DNA of 64,000 nucleotides from the human T2T-CHM13v2.0 reference genome, Homo sapiens, in assembly GCF_009914755.1 (NCBI RefSeq), contig NC_060926.1. One strand, 5' to 3'. Position 1 is the stretch's first letter. Each line of letters opens with the position of its first letter. The position numbers and the translations under genes are program-made. The notes below the pieces were generated by a model. That model was not told the DNA's origin. It was given only the letters and a program-made list of their open reading frames with translations, and made no database searches. Below are positions 18,246-32,811 of the stretch, one piece after another.

Positions 18246-20744
18246 CCTATGCAGATATCTGGTTTTTCAATGGAACTTAGAAATATATTTGAAAAATCCA
18301 ATTTGGGTACATTTTAAATTGACCAAATTTATTCTATTTTAGAAATTAAGTATGCAAAATTTCAAACAGATACAAAAGTAAAGACAATGGTATAGTGAAT
18401 GCATATGTACCCAGTCACCTAGTTTTGACAATTATCAATACAAGACAAATCTTATTTTGGCTACCCACCCTGTTATACTTTTTTATGTATGAGAACATTT
18501 TATATTAAAATACAATAAAAATTCAAAGATCATTTGATAAACTAGGAGCCCTTTTAATCTACACAAATCAAACTTTGCATATTTTCAAAAGCAAGCTTAT
18601 CTTATGCTATTTGATTATAATCAGTGACTCCTGGGAACCAGACATTCTGAACTCATGCTCTAAAAGCATCTTTGCCTCCCAAGACAGGAGGCTCTCTCCA
18701 CCTTGGTAGTGTGAGGCAGAGTTGCGCGTCATGGGTTTGCTTGCAGTATTAAAAATGAAATGGGCTGTGTGGAGCATGCAGCAAAATGCTTCCGCTTCTT
18801 TGTATTATCTCAGCCCCTGGGCTATTCTTTAAGCCCAGACCTTGTCTCTAGGGAGCAACACAGGCATATTACAACACTGTTGTGAGCTTGGCAGCTGTTC
18901 AAATGTAGAACCCTCCTCCTCTTCTTTCCCTTGCACACCCTCCCCCTACTTTTGCTATGAAGAGTTCTCAAGGATGGGCTTTCTTTCAGTAGAGAGAATC
19001 ATAGAATAACAGCAAGTGAGAATGGAAAAGCACGTTCATGAGCATATAGTTCAACTCTCACAATTTACATGTGCTTCAGAAGGGGCTCAGAGAAGTGAAT
19101 GATTTCCCCAAGGCCACACAGCCAGGTTGCAGCAGAGCAAGGTCTAGGATTGAGTCTCCTGATTCCTAGTTCAGCATTGGGAAGGAAAAGAATGTGGAAG
19201 AGGGAGTCTTGTACCACATCACCAGCTACTTCTTTACTCTGAGTTCCACTCACTTGGGCCCTGCTAACCTATCTTGTTTTCAGCTGACTGTTAACTACCT
19301 AATCCCTGGCTAAAGCATGTCACCAACTCAAATAGCAGCTGGCGATGTTACATCTCTCAAAGAAGATTTTGTTATAATAGCAGAGGCTGGGGCATAAGAT
19401 CGATGCACTGATGCTAAGGAACAAGGGAGGCCTTTTAGTTTGTCCTTCCTGTTTGCAGTATCTTTCTCTCCTCCCGGCTCAAATCAAGATCTTTGAATGA
19501 GAAGACCTACCTCTTCTCCATCACATACACACACAGATATCACCCCCACTGATAGCTTAGGAAGCTTCTTGTAACTCTAGGATAGGCTCTGTTTCCCAGT
19601 GAATGATCCACCCCCTCCCCGAATAGCTAGAGTCAGTTTTAACTGACTCATGTCACGTTTAAACTTCAACCCACGTGACTTTTTCCTTCTCTGGACTTCC
19701 ATTTCATTAGAGAATGGATCAGTGACTGAATCAGCAAATTTGGGTGATTCCCAGTGTCCTATGCTGTTAAAACATTAAGCTGATGATGACACTCCTCTGC
19801 TTAAAATGCTCCAAAAGCTTTCCATTTTCACCAGAATAAAAGGCAAATTCCTTCCCTTGGCCTCAAGGCCCTGCATGCTGGGCCTTGCTCACCTCTCCAT
19901 TTTCCCCTTATGCCCACTCCCCTTTGCAATGCATCTTTTCAGGAACTGAAAGCAGTTTCTCATCTCAGACTTTGCACATGCTCTTCCTTTGCCTAGAACA
20001 CCACTCCCTGGCTTTTCAATGGACTAATGTCACATCGTGAGAGAAGCCTACTCCAGATCCAAAATTAGCTTCATTAGGCTACATGACACATGCTCTTTTT
20101 GTGCCACTTATCACATATGCTTGTTTGTGTTTTTGCTGATTTAACATTTTTCTCCCTACATAGACTTCTGCTCCATGAGGAGAAGGGCCACATCTTATTA
20201 CTAAATACCTAGGCCTACTATTATGCCTGGCCAATCAATCTTAGATATATTTTTCTAATTGTCTCATCTCTGCCCCTTGCAATTTTTAATTTTCCCCAAT
20301 CAGTTTGCAAACTCTTTGTGTTTAAGGGACCAAGATTTCTACTTCTTGTCTTTTTACCACAGTACCTAGTACAGGGCTTATTCAATAATTGTGCCTACAG
20401 CTTGAGGAGAAATAGAGAAATACGCACCCCCCCAACCCCCAACAAAAAAAGTAGACATTTCCTGACAATTAGGTACAGAGACATGTGGGGCAAGTAAATT
20501 CATTCTCAGTAGAAATGAGTTCATAAGACCTATATAATGTACTCCCAAAGCCAAGATTTGGTAATAATGTAGTCCCCAAATACCTGAAAGTTGTGTTTAA
20601 AAATGCAGGTAAGGCTGTAACTGAAAAAACAAAACAAAATCCAAATACTGTTTTTACTATATAGAAAAGGGACCTTGAGGATCACAGCTCAGTGAGAAGA
20701 TGTTCCTCTAATTTTGTAGTTATTCCATGTAGAATGTAATATAA

Positions 20745-21220
20745 TTTTTTTTGAAAAACTTTAATTTTTAGAGCCCTTTTAGATTCACAGCAAAATTAAG
20801 CAGAAAACTTAGGGCAGTATCATATACTCTCTGCCCCACACACCCACAGCCTCCCCACTGCACCCACAGCTTCCCCCACCAGAGTGGCACATGTGTCACA
20901 GTCAGTGGAGCTACATTGATATGTCATTATCACCCAAGCCCATAGTTTACATTAGGGTTCCCTCTTGACGTACATTCTATGGGTCTGGACAAATGGACGT
21001 GTCCACCATTATGGTATCATGTGGAGTAGTTTCGCCGTCCCTAGAATCCTCTGTGCTCTTCCCTCCATCTCTCCATCCCTAACCCCTGGCAACTGTTGAT
21101 CTTTTTACTGTCTCCATAGATTTGCCTTTTCCAGAATGTCATATAGTTAAAATCATGTGATATGTAGTCTTTTAAGATAAGCGTCTTTTGCTTAGTAATA
21201 TGCATTTAAGTATCTTCTGT
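20745..21220 (-). mobile_element. Old L1 (L1MA/MB) 3' end
   Basis: ttttagattcacagcaaaatt...ccctaacccctggcaact...ttgccttttccagaatgtcatatagtt antisense L1M text. Confidence 0.75.
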
Positions 21221-23451
21221 TGATATAATTTTTTGAAGCTATAAGATTATCTAACCCAGCATTTCTTAAATGTGTGTTTCATTGGAAGGTCACTGAGCCT
21301 CTAGGTGAAAAAGTGATTGACGGCCAATTAGGTTGGAAAACCTGACTACCCTTTCCTCCTTTGGGAGGGCCAAGTTCACGTTGGCATTATTAGCATCATT
21401 TAACCCACGGTTTGCCTCAGAGACTGTTCCAGAAAGAACTATTGATCACTTGCTACAGGACATGGTCCACGAAGCCCTTATCTAACCCAGTGCCTTATTT
21501 TTTATCCCCTTTTCTGTTTTGATTCCTGCCCAGACAGTGGCTCCCTTACATTATCTTTGACTATCCTGGTGGAAATAGTACCAGAAAGTACTTCATAAAG
21601 CGGTATTTTAGCAGTACCACATGTTCTGTGCCAAATTTATCTGTCCAAATGTTGCTGTGGTAACAACACAAACAGCCAAATACTAGATAACACAAACTGG
21701 CAGGGAGAACAAAAATTCCTTTTAATAAATTCATGGTTGCCTTAGACAAACCAAGCACATTCACGGTATGTTAATTTAAGGTTGTGTAGGAATTGTGAAG
21801 TGGTTAAAGACAGACTCACAAGTCTGAAAGTTTACCACTGACTGATGCTACTGGAATAGATTCATGCATATGTCTATTCATATTGCATGGTTGTTGGTCA
21901 TTTGAGTACGTGTCAAACAAGCTAACACCGGAAACTGGCCAATATCTGCTAATTTTGTGCAAGTCTGATACCATATTGATATTTCTGCTCAAGTTTGGTA
22001 GCTGGTCCATTCCTCCTCTGTCGTCTGAAGTAGGAGCTCTTATCATGTCATCTATTAGCAGTTGCCCCAGTGGAAAATGTTCTGCTGTTCCATGCTCTGA
22101 GTACATCCTCTTCCTTCTGTCTGTGACATTCTTCTTCCTCTTGACTGAAAAACATTCATCCTTCAAGGCCCAACCTAGGTGTCTCTTTTTGGTGAACATT
22201 TGTGGGACTCCACCCTACCGTCTTCCACAGAACCTTCTGTGTAGAACCTTGTCTGATTTGTAATTATAGCTTTCATCTTTCTCATTGTTTCACAATTTCT
22301 TGTCATGCTAGAATGCAAATTTCTTAAGGATAATTACAACATCATATTTCTCTACCCCAGAAATCAGCCCCATCCCTGGCGCATAGTAGACATTTTATAA
22401 ACATTTGTTCAGTGAATGAATGAAAGAATGGATAAATCAATCACTCAAGTATATAAGTCCTTAAAATCAGCAATTAATGTTGGGACTATGAAAAAACACA
22501 AGTCTTGTTGATTGCTTTTTAGGCTCAATAAGCATCAATTTGATGAGCTAATCCTTTCAAGTATAATACCCATAATTTAGATTTTTAGGTTTCCAACGAA
22601 ATGATCGAAACAGGCACACACAACTAATTCTCCTCCTAGTAACAAAAGCTTGTTGTTTCACAGTCTTAGCTACAGCAAGGCATAAGTACACTTTTTTTTT
22701 TTTTTTTGGCTAATTAACTCCGTCTTCCCTCAAATGTTTAGGAGTTGTTTCTTAACATATAAAAATGACTTTATAAAGTTAAGCAAGAGTTGAGGTTTAG
22801 GGAAACAATATAGGCATTTGCTTTTCCTCTTTTTTACCATTAGCTATGTAAAATGTCTCTCAAATTTTCTGGGTTTCATTACAGTTCACTTTAGTGCAGA
22901 ATACGGCATGAGATGGTAATAGAGCATCTTGTTCTGTTGAATAAAAGAGTTGAGGGAGAGAATGTTGAAGTTTTCCTGTATGCCTTTCTTTGCTCCTCCT
23001 TTGTTTTTTCTTTCCCTACAATAACACATAAGGCCCATCAGAGGAAGGCTGTTGTCTTGTTTGGTTCCTGCTATATTCCCAATACCTAGTCAGTGTCTGG
23101 TATATGGTCATTTCTTCAAAAATATGCTTAGAACAAATATGTGCTGACAGATGTGGTCAGAGTAGGAGAGAATAAGAACATGAATCACAGTAGTGACCCT
23201 GGAGAGAAATGGAAAACTGGGATGATGAGCAATCAGTGCAGATGTAGTGCTGACTGCCCTGGGAACTGATTAGATAGAGGGCACTGGGAAAGGAAGGAGT
23301 TAAAGTAACAGCAAAGTGTGGAGCCTGATGGATTGAAATGATGAGCAAAGAGAAATGAAGTTGGGAGCAAAGCTGTGATCTCTGATTTGGGTACGTTGAG
23401 TTTGAAGTTCCGGTGGGAGATAGCCACAAGACAATTAAAAAAGTGAAACTA

Positions 23452-23745
<294 letters not shown>

Positions 23746-24658
23746 TTAAACTAGAGCTTAGAGTAGACGTCAGGAATGGATATACGGATACTATAGTCAA
23801 AATCATAAATGTGATAGATTGTGAAAATAAAGACAAAAAAAGACAGGGAGCCCCAGGTTATATCCTTGGAGGATACATACATTGTTGGGAGGCATGGGGA
23901 GACTAAAAACTAGAAGCATTATCAGAGGTGTGCAGGTCTAAGAATTAAAAATGGGAGAGGCTTTTAGGATGAGTACTTTGTCAACGGTGTTAAGGGCGGC
24001 AGAGAAGCTCATGGTGATTGTGTTAAAAAATGATTATAGAGTTTTGTGTTTAAAATATGTATATTTGTTTACTATGATGGTAGCAGGTTCCATAAAATAA
24101 TGAGTAGTGGGCAGAATCTAGATTGCTAAAGGACCGTTCAATGCTTATCTAAGATACTTCATATTATTTTTTGTAGCTTATAATAGATGTTCAAGAAATA
24201 CTTGTTTGGGAGTGAAATCAACATTCACATTCTTTTTAGAAGCAGCTATTTTTGTTTGGAGAGTACTTTCTGATACTGCCTCTGGAACAACTTTAATGAA
24301 AGTAGAGTCCAGCACTTACCTGAAGTTGTGATTATCTACAACCATCTGCAATGTGGTTCATCTCTAGTTTTCACTTGGAGCCTCACTGGATGTCAAGCTG
24401 CAGGCTGCTAAGAGCAATCAGCTGGGCAGGTAGAAAATTATGTGTATGTGAGTCTAAGTATATTTATATTGACCTGGTAGATGCCTAAATCTCAAAAGAA
24501 TTTTAAAATTATGTCATGTTTTATGTAATGGAAAATTATCAATTTTATTTGTAAATTATTTCTGGAAGTTTGCTGAAAATAACATAAGCAGTGGCTTAGC
24601 CCATAGGCTTGGGGTTAGATGTGGGGGGTGCAGAGAAGAATCTGATTTACTGTGTAGC

Positions 24659-24693
24659 CTGTAGTTACTTGATTTCACCACTAGATGGTGATC
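24659..24693 (+). promoter_or_regulatory. Candidate CTCF binding site (core plus upstream motif)
   Basis: Core CCACTAGATGGTG at 24678-24690, preceded at the expected spacing by CTGTAGTTAC (TGCAGT-like ZF9-11 module). Confidence 0.6.
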
Positions 24694-26204
24694 TTGTATT
24701 AGCCTGGCAAGCTGCCCACTAACAAAGGGTGGCATACAGTCGACTGCAGGTGGTTGAAACCTATTACATTGACATAGAGAAGCTTTTTTGGTGTTGTGAA
24801 ATGGTTGATACTTGAAGTAATAAAAATTAGGGAATGTTAGTGTCCTTCTGACTATACAGACTATGATGAACTGAGAACACTTGAGTACCTGGTTAGAAAC
24901 CTACAGTGGGGGAAATGGGGAGAATACTGTCTTAGGAAGCACAAAATCTGCATTCTAGTTCACCTGTTGCTGCTTGTAGCATATTTGGGAAGTCATTTTC
25001 CTTCCAAGGGCTTCAGCTACTTCACCTGTAAAATGGGAGATGATGATATCTACCTTGTCAGCGGCTGTGCCAGTTTTCCCCAAGACCTTTTCCTGTTCTT
25101 TTAGTGGTGGGGAAAAAGAGGTGGAGGTGTAGTGTGTCTACAGTAGGAGAAGAAAGAAGGCACTGAGGAATCTTGGTTGGTCTTGGTCTACTTTTTTTCT
25201 AATTTTAACTTTCTTCCTTGGTCACGTGGATGGAGTCTTAGTAAAAGATCTTTCTCTCACTGGGAGAACCGGGAGTGAGAGTCTTTGCTACAGACTGAGA
25301 GTAGAGAAAGGAATAGAGGAAAAAACTGAAAGGGAAAATGTTCTATAAAGGCATTGTGGGGTGTGTGTGTGTCTGCATGTGTGTCTAGAGCCACAGAAAG
25401 GTGAAGTAGAAGATGTTCATTGTTGGGAATTCCATTATTATTATTGATTAGTTGAACCCCCTTAGTTGTCACTGAAGCCTCATAAAAAGCCATGATGATG
25501 GTCTTGTGTTCCAATTTTACAGTTGAGGGACATAAGGAGGGCTTATGATACATCTTTATTCAATGTTAAGGCCTTATTTTCAATCTGAGAGTCAATATAA
25601 TAAATAATGGCAGTGGGTTTTATTTCATGCTTAATCAAAGGGCCTTGTATGAGGGACATCTTAGCCAGTTATGCAGAAATAAATTATTTGGCTTATAAAT
25701 TGATACTATTTTACTAGGAGAAAATAATGTCCTTAGTGGGGTAAATTTCTTGGAGGCTCAAGTTATAACTGTTTTTCTCAGTTTTTCACAGGATGCTTTT
25801 CAAATGATAAATAGCCTTTGGCAGAGAAAAGGAATTTGATTCTGTCCTCTCTAATCCAGAAATTCCATAATGGAGCCACAGAAAGCGTCTTGCTCGGTTT
25901 CAGAGTAATTAGTGATTACCCAGAATTACTTGAAGGAACTGGATTGTATCCTTTCTGATAGGAGAACCCATGAAAGACTTTATCCTAACCATTCTATATC
26001 TTCTTATTAGAATAGAATAGAATCAAAATAGATGAAGATTTGATCTTTCCTGGAAGGAAAGGAACAGCTAAAGAGAGACGGGAGTTTGAAAGCATATGCT
26101 GAGAGAAAAAAATGAATTAAATTATGGCAGGAACTGTACCCTATAGAGGATATGGTTTTGTGACTGTCTATTCACTCCTCTCATGAGTTTCTGCCTTTGA
26201 GAAA

Positions 26205-26518
26205 TTTTCGTTGTTTTGTTTGTTTTGAGATAGGGTCTCACTTTGTTACTCGGGCTAGAAATAGACTACAGTGGCATGATCATAGCCCACTGTAACCTTG
26301 AACTCCTGAGCTCAGGTGATACTCCTCCTGCCTCAGTCTCCCAAGTAGCTGGGAATACAGACATGTACCACAACAACCAGCTAATTAAACATTTTTTTAA
26401 AAAAGACAGGGTCTTCCTATGTTGCCCAGGCTGGTCTTGAATTCCTGGCCTCAAGCAATCCTCTCTCCTCGGCCTCCCAAAGTGCTGGGATTATAGGCAT
26501 GAACCACTGTGCCTGCCC
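26205..26518 (-). mobile_element. Alu (J-type)
   Basis: Diverged antisense Alu with (TTTG)n tail. TSD tgagaaat. Confidence 0.9.
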
Positions 26519-28321
26519 TGAGAAATGGCTAAAAGTAGTCAAATATTCTCTCTAAAGTACTCCTGGTGAACTTTGATCAAACTCAATTGATTCTGAAACT
26601 CTCTCTTTGGTTTGACGATGGTCAGGAAAGCTGTGTAGGCTGAGTTCAGCTAGAACATACTTAGCTCTGTACTTAGCCAAGATAAACTTTTTAAAATAAA
26701 TTGTAAGAGATAGGGTATTAATGACAAAGTTTTTGTTATGTAGCCTTACTATTTTTGGAGTCCCACATGGCTCAAGTCTTTGCAAATTGTTGGTTTTCTT
26801 TTCTGAACCCAACAATGGAGAACAGCAGCAGGGAAAACGCTGGCAGATCTCAACCATTTTTATTAGCTAACATGAAAATGTGAGAACTCTTAGGAAGATG
26901 AATGTGTTTGGCTGCCAGGCTGGGAGAAACGACAGCCTGGAGAGGAGGAAAGCCAGAGACATCCGGGTGGCAGAAAGCTTTCTAGTGTTTCCTTTCTTTT
27001 CCCCACAGTACTCTGGGTGACCGGTTGCCTAGATCTATGGGCAGGAAAGCAACAGAATCAGGCAGAAGTGGCAGGGTAACATCAGGGCAGCTCTGGAGTC
27101 AAAATGTGAAGCTAGTAGTGACAACACCTGGATGTCCCCTGAGCATTCTTGCCTTCTCCTTCCACCAAGTGGAGTAGGAAATTACACAGGCTTTTTGTTC
27201 TTAAGAACACGCCTGGTGATGAGAGGCCAGAGAGTGTTTGGTGGAGTGGTGGTGGGGTTTGGAGGATGGCTGAATTCATGTTGCAACCTTTGAGACTTTC
27301 TGCCTTGAAGACCATCCTCCTCCAACTCACATAGAGAAAAGGGCAAGGCCTAAGTGTTTACCCCTCTCCCACATAGACATCATTTGCAAAAGCAGTCAAT
27401 AGTCTAAAGAAATAAAAGATGAGCTTACGAGGAAAAATGGTAAGATGTGAATAGTAAGAGTTCCGTGAAAGTAATTTAACAAAATAAATAAGCTAAACCA
27501 GAGGAAACAGAATGGACAATAATTTAAAAAAAAGAAGGTGTAGTAATTATCCTTAGAAACATAAAGGAGACTCTTGAAACAAACAGGGAGAAGAAAATAT
27601 GAAGAACAAATTGGAGATATTGAGGGTCTAAACATAATTGCTGAAATTGCTCAATAGATGGGCCACATATCAGAATGCATACAGCAAAATAATATATCAG
27701 TAGACTGAAATATTGAGGCCGGGAACTTCCTCAGAAGACATTGGAAAAGGATAAAGAGATAGAAAGAATGCAAGTCAACAAATATGGAGGACTGAAGTTG
27801 AAGTGTAAGTATCATTCCAAGAGCATCGTGTAGGAAGAAAAATAGACCTCAAATGGAAAGGACACAGAGTGCTGAACAGGAGAGGTGACCTCCTCACATA
27901 GAAATGTTCTACAGTAACATTAAAGAATATTAAAAATAGAACATTCTAAAAGGCTTCAAGATAAAAAGCATATTACCCAAAAGGAACATGAAAATTAGAT
28001 TACAATCATAGTTTTCAGCAGCTACATTAGATGTGGGAAAGCAATGAGTTAATATCTTCAAAGTGTTGAAGAAGAAAAGAAGACAGTAAAACTAAAATTT
28101 CATGATGGGCCAAATTATTACTATAATGTGAAATTGAAATACACATAATTACTATCATTTTGAAAGAACTCCTGGAGTTAAGTGAATTAAGTGAATTTTG
28201 GATGAAGCAATTAAATCCAATTAAATCCAAAAGGATGCAATGACTCCAGGAGGAAAGGTGAATAAATAATGAACAAACACAGAATGCAGATTATTTTGAG
28301 TACACAAAGATTTATTTTTAA

Positions 28322-30050
<1,729 letters not shown>

Positions 30051-30939
30051 ATTCAGTCATTGCCATTTCATTTTTAGCATATATTCCTAACTAAAATATT
30101 TTGTCTACATCTAAAGTTATTATATCTCTTTCCTTATCCAAAGCATCACAAGGCCTTATATCCTTATCTCTTATAGTCCCCATTTCCCTATGGCTTTACT
30201 TTTCTTCGCAGGTCTGGGGTGGACAGCTCTTGCAGTCATTGCCTTCTGGAAAACCATCTCTGTCCTTGCATTTGAACAATGTTGGCAGAAAGGGTCACAG
30301 TTGTGCCCTCTGGGGTTACAGCTGCATTTTGCTAAGCTGATTTCTGTTGATAATCATGCCTTGCTGCTGGGTCCTCTGTGACTGACTGTCAGACAGGGGC
30401 TCACACTGGGCTCTGGCGCAGGAGGAGTGTGAGTCACGTGACATGGCTGGGTTGCTGTTTAATGCTCCTTCATTTCCTTTTGGCTGTTTCTTCTCCTTAA
30501 GCACCCACGTCCCCAAAGCTTTAATGCTGCCCGTCTGGCTGCCTAGTAAGCACTGATTCCACATGGATTCACTCTGGCTCCCCAGTGCCCTGACTCTTCC
30601 AGCTGCATCACACAAGCGCTGTGTGCACCCATTCCCTAAGGGTAAAGTGATGTGGTGGAAGGAGCTCAGCTAATTAAATCCCATTAGTTAGAGACTGTTC
30701 CCAACAACATTTGTATTCCAGCTGGACCCATATTCATGATGTTTGGGCAGTTTCTGACATTCTTTCACATACTCCAACTCACACATTCTTTCCAAAACAG
30801 GGTGAAGGGTAGAGTTCAAACTTCAAGCTAGTTCAAACTAGGACTTTGGACATGTTTCACGCTCTTTCCACCATCATGCATCTGATTGATAGGATGGGGA
30901 TTTCAGGTGTTGTGAGGTACTGATATGAAGGTGATATGA

Positions 30940-31260
<321 letters not shown>

Positions 31261-32154
31261 ATGGGGGAGATTTTGAATCAGTGTGAGGAAGCAGGTAAGG
31301 GAAAGAAGAGAACGGAGGGGGGTGCGAGGGGTGGCGAGTAGTGAGCTTCAACCTCCTTGGAATCTCAAGTAGAGGACACTGCTGAACAGACATCTAACCT
31401 GTAGATCACAGTGACCTAACTAATTCATCCACAGTTGGCAAAGTACACTTTAATTGTAAATTTCCTTCCTCTTTGGTCATTAAGTGATATAAGCACAGAC
31501 CTGCTTTTCATTCTATTGAGGCTGAGAAACATTATAAGGATTCTGCAGCATCTTGGGGAAATAATCTGAGAGTCGTAGGCAATGGTAAGCTTTGCAGATA
31601 TTTACTAGAGTTGGAGTAAGTGGTAGAATACATGAAACCAGAATTGGTTGCCATATATACTGCAGAGGCCCACTGGAGGGTAGAAGGGGTTGTGGAAAGT
31701 CTAGTGCTTTGCAACTAGGCAGATCCTTGACCATCCTGTCTCAGGTAGCATCCACTCCTTCCCAGATTCTCCTGATGATATCCCTCCTTCATTTACTTAT
31801 ATTAATAGCACTGTCCCAATCTGTTATATTGCTTCTTTCTTGTTGTTTATTATCTGTCTTCCCCACCAGAATGCAAGCTCCATTTGGGCAGTGGCCACCT
31901 TGTTTACTGTGTACCTGTCTGTATCCATGAAGTCTGACATAATGCCTGGCATATATTATGAGCTCAATAACTATTGAGTGAATGAAATAATGAGAAAATC
32001 CTGTTTGATCACTTGCCAGCCATATAATGCTAGTCAATTTTTTCCACTTCAGTTTCTGCATCTGTGAAACTGGATAACACAAATGCTCACCTTGTGGCAT
32101 TGTTGGAATAATTACCTGAAATCATGATGTAAATTCATAGCATAATATTGGAAG

Positions 32155-32811
32155 TGTTAGGGCTCAGAATGTGATACCCCACAGTATGGTGTCTTGGTGT
32201 GATGAGTGCTTTGAACTGAAGGAAACTGAAAGAGCTTCAGAAACAAAGTCTTTCTGGCCTTCTCCCACCTTTCTTTCTCCTGCTCTCCTTTCTTCCCCAA
32301 GGCAGACCAGAGAAACTAGAATTCCTTTTCCCCAAGGTGGGTCATAGAAACCAGAACTCTTCCCTAAAGACAGCCATAAAACCTAGACATATTACTCTAA
32401 CGTTCCCCTGCCTTTCTGTGTAGGGGCTGGCCATAAAGAAATTCTCTGACCTAACTTGTCTGATACATGATCATGAGACCCTCATTCCAGAATGAGTCCT
32501 GCCCTAAACCCAGGAGAAAGAGCTGCCACACAGAGAGGCAAAGAAGAATGTGAACAGACAGGTCTTGCGGGGTTTCCTCCCTCTGCCTGCTACCATTAGA
32601 CCATACCCTTTTTGTCCAATCAAATTTGACACAGCTGTCTGTTCTTCACTGAATCTGAGCATACAAATGGACAATTTTCCTTGATATTTGGGTCTTCATT
32701 TCTTAAAGCTCCTGTGACGTGTACAACTTTGATCAAATAAATTCGTACGTTTTCTCCTATTAATCTTTCTCTGCCAACCCTAGGCAGGTTGAGGAAACTT
32801 TCTCTTTGACA
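32155..32811 (+). mobile_element. ERV1 solo LTR, MER39-like
   Basis: Begins TGttagggctcagaatgtgatacccc...tgagtgctttgaact, has AATAAA near 32737 and ends in CA. Confidence 0.7.
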
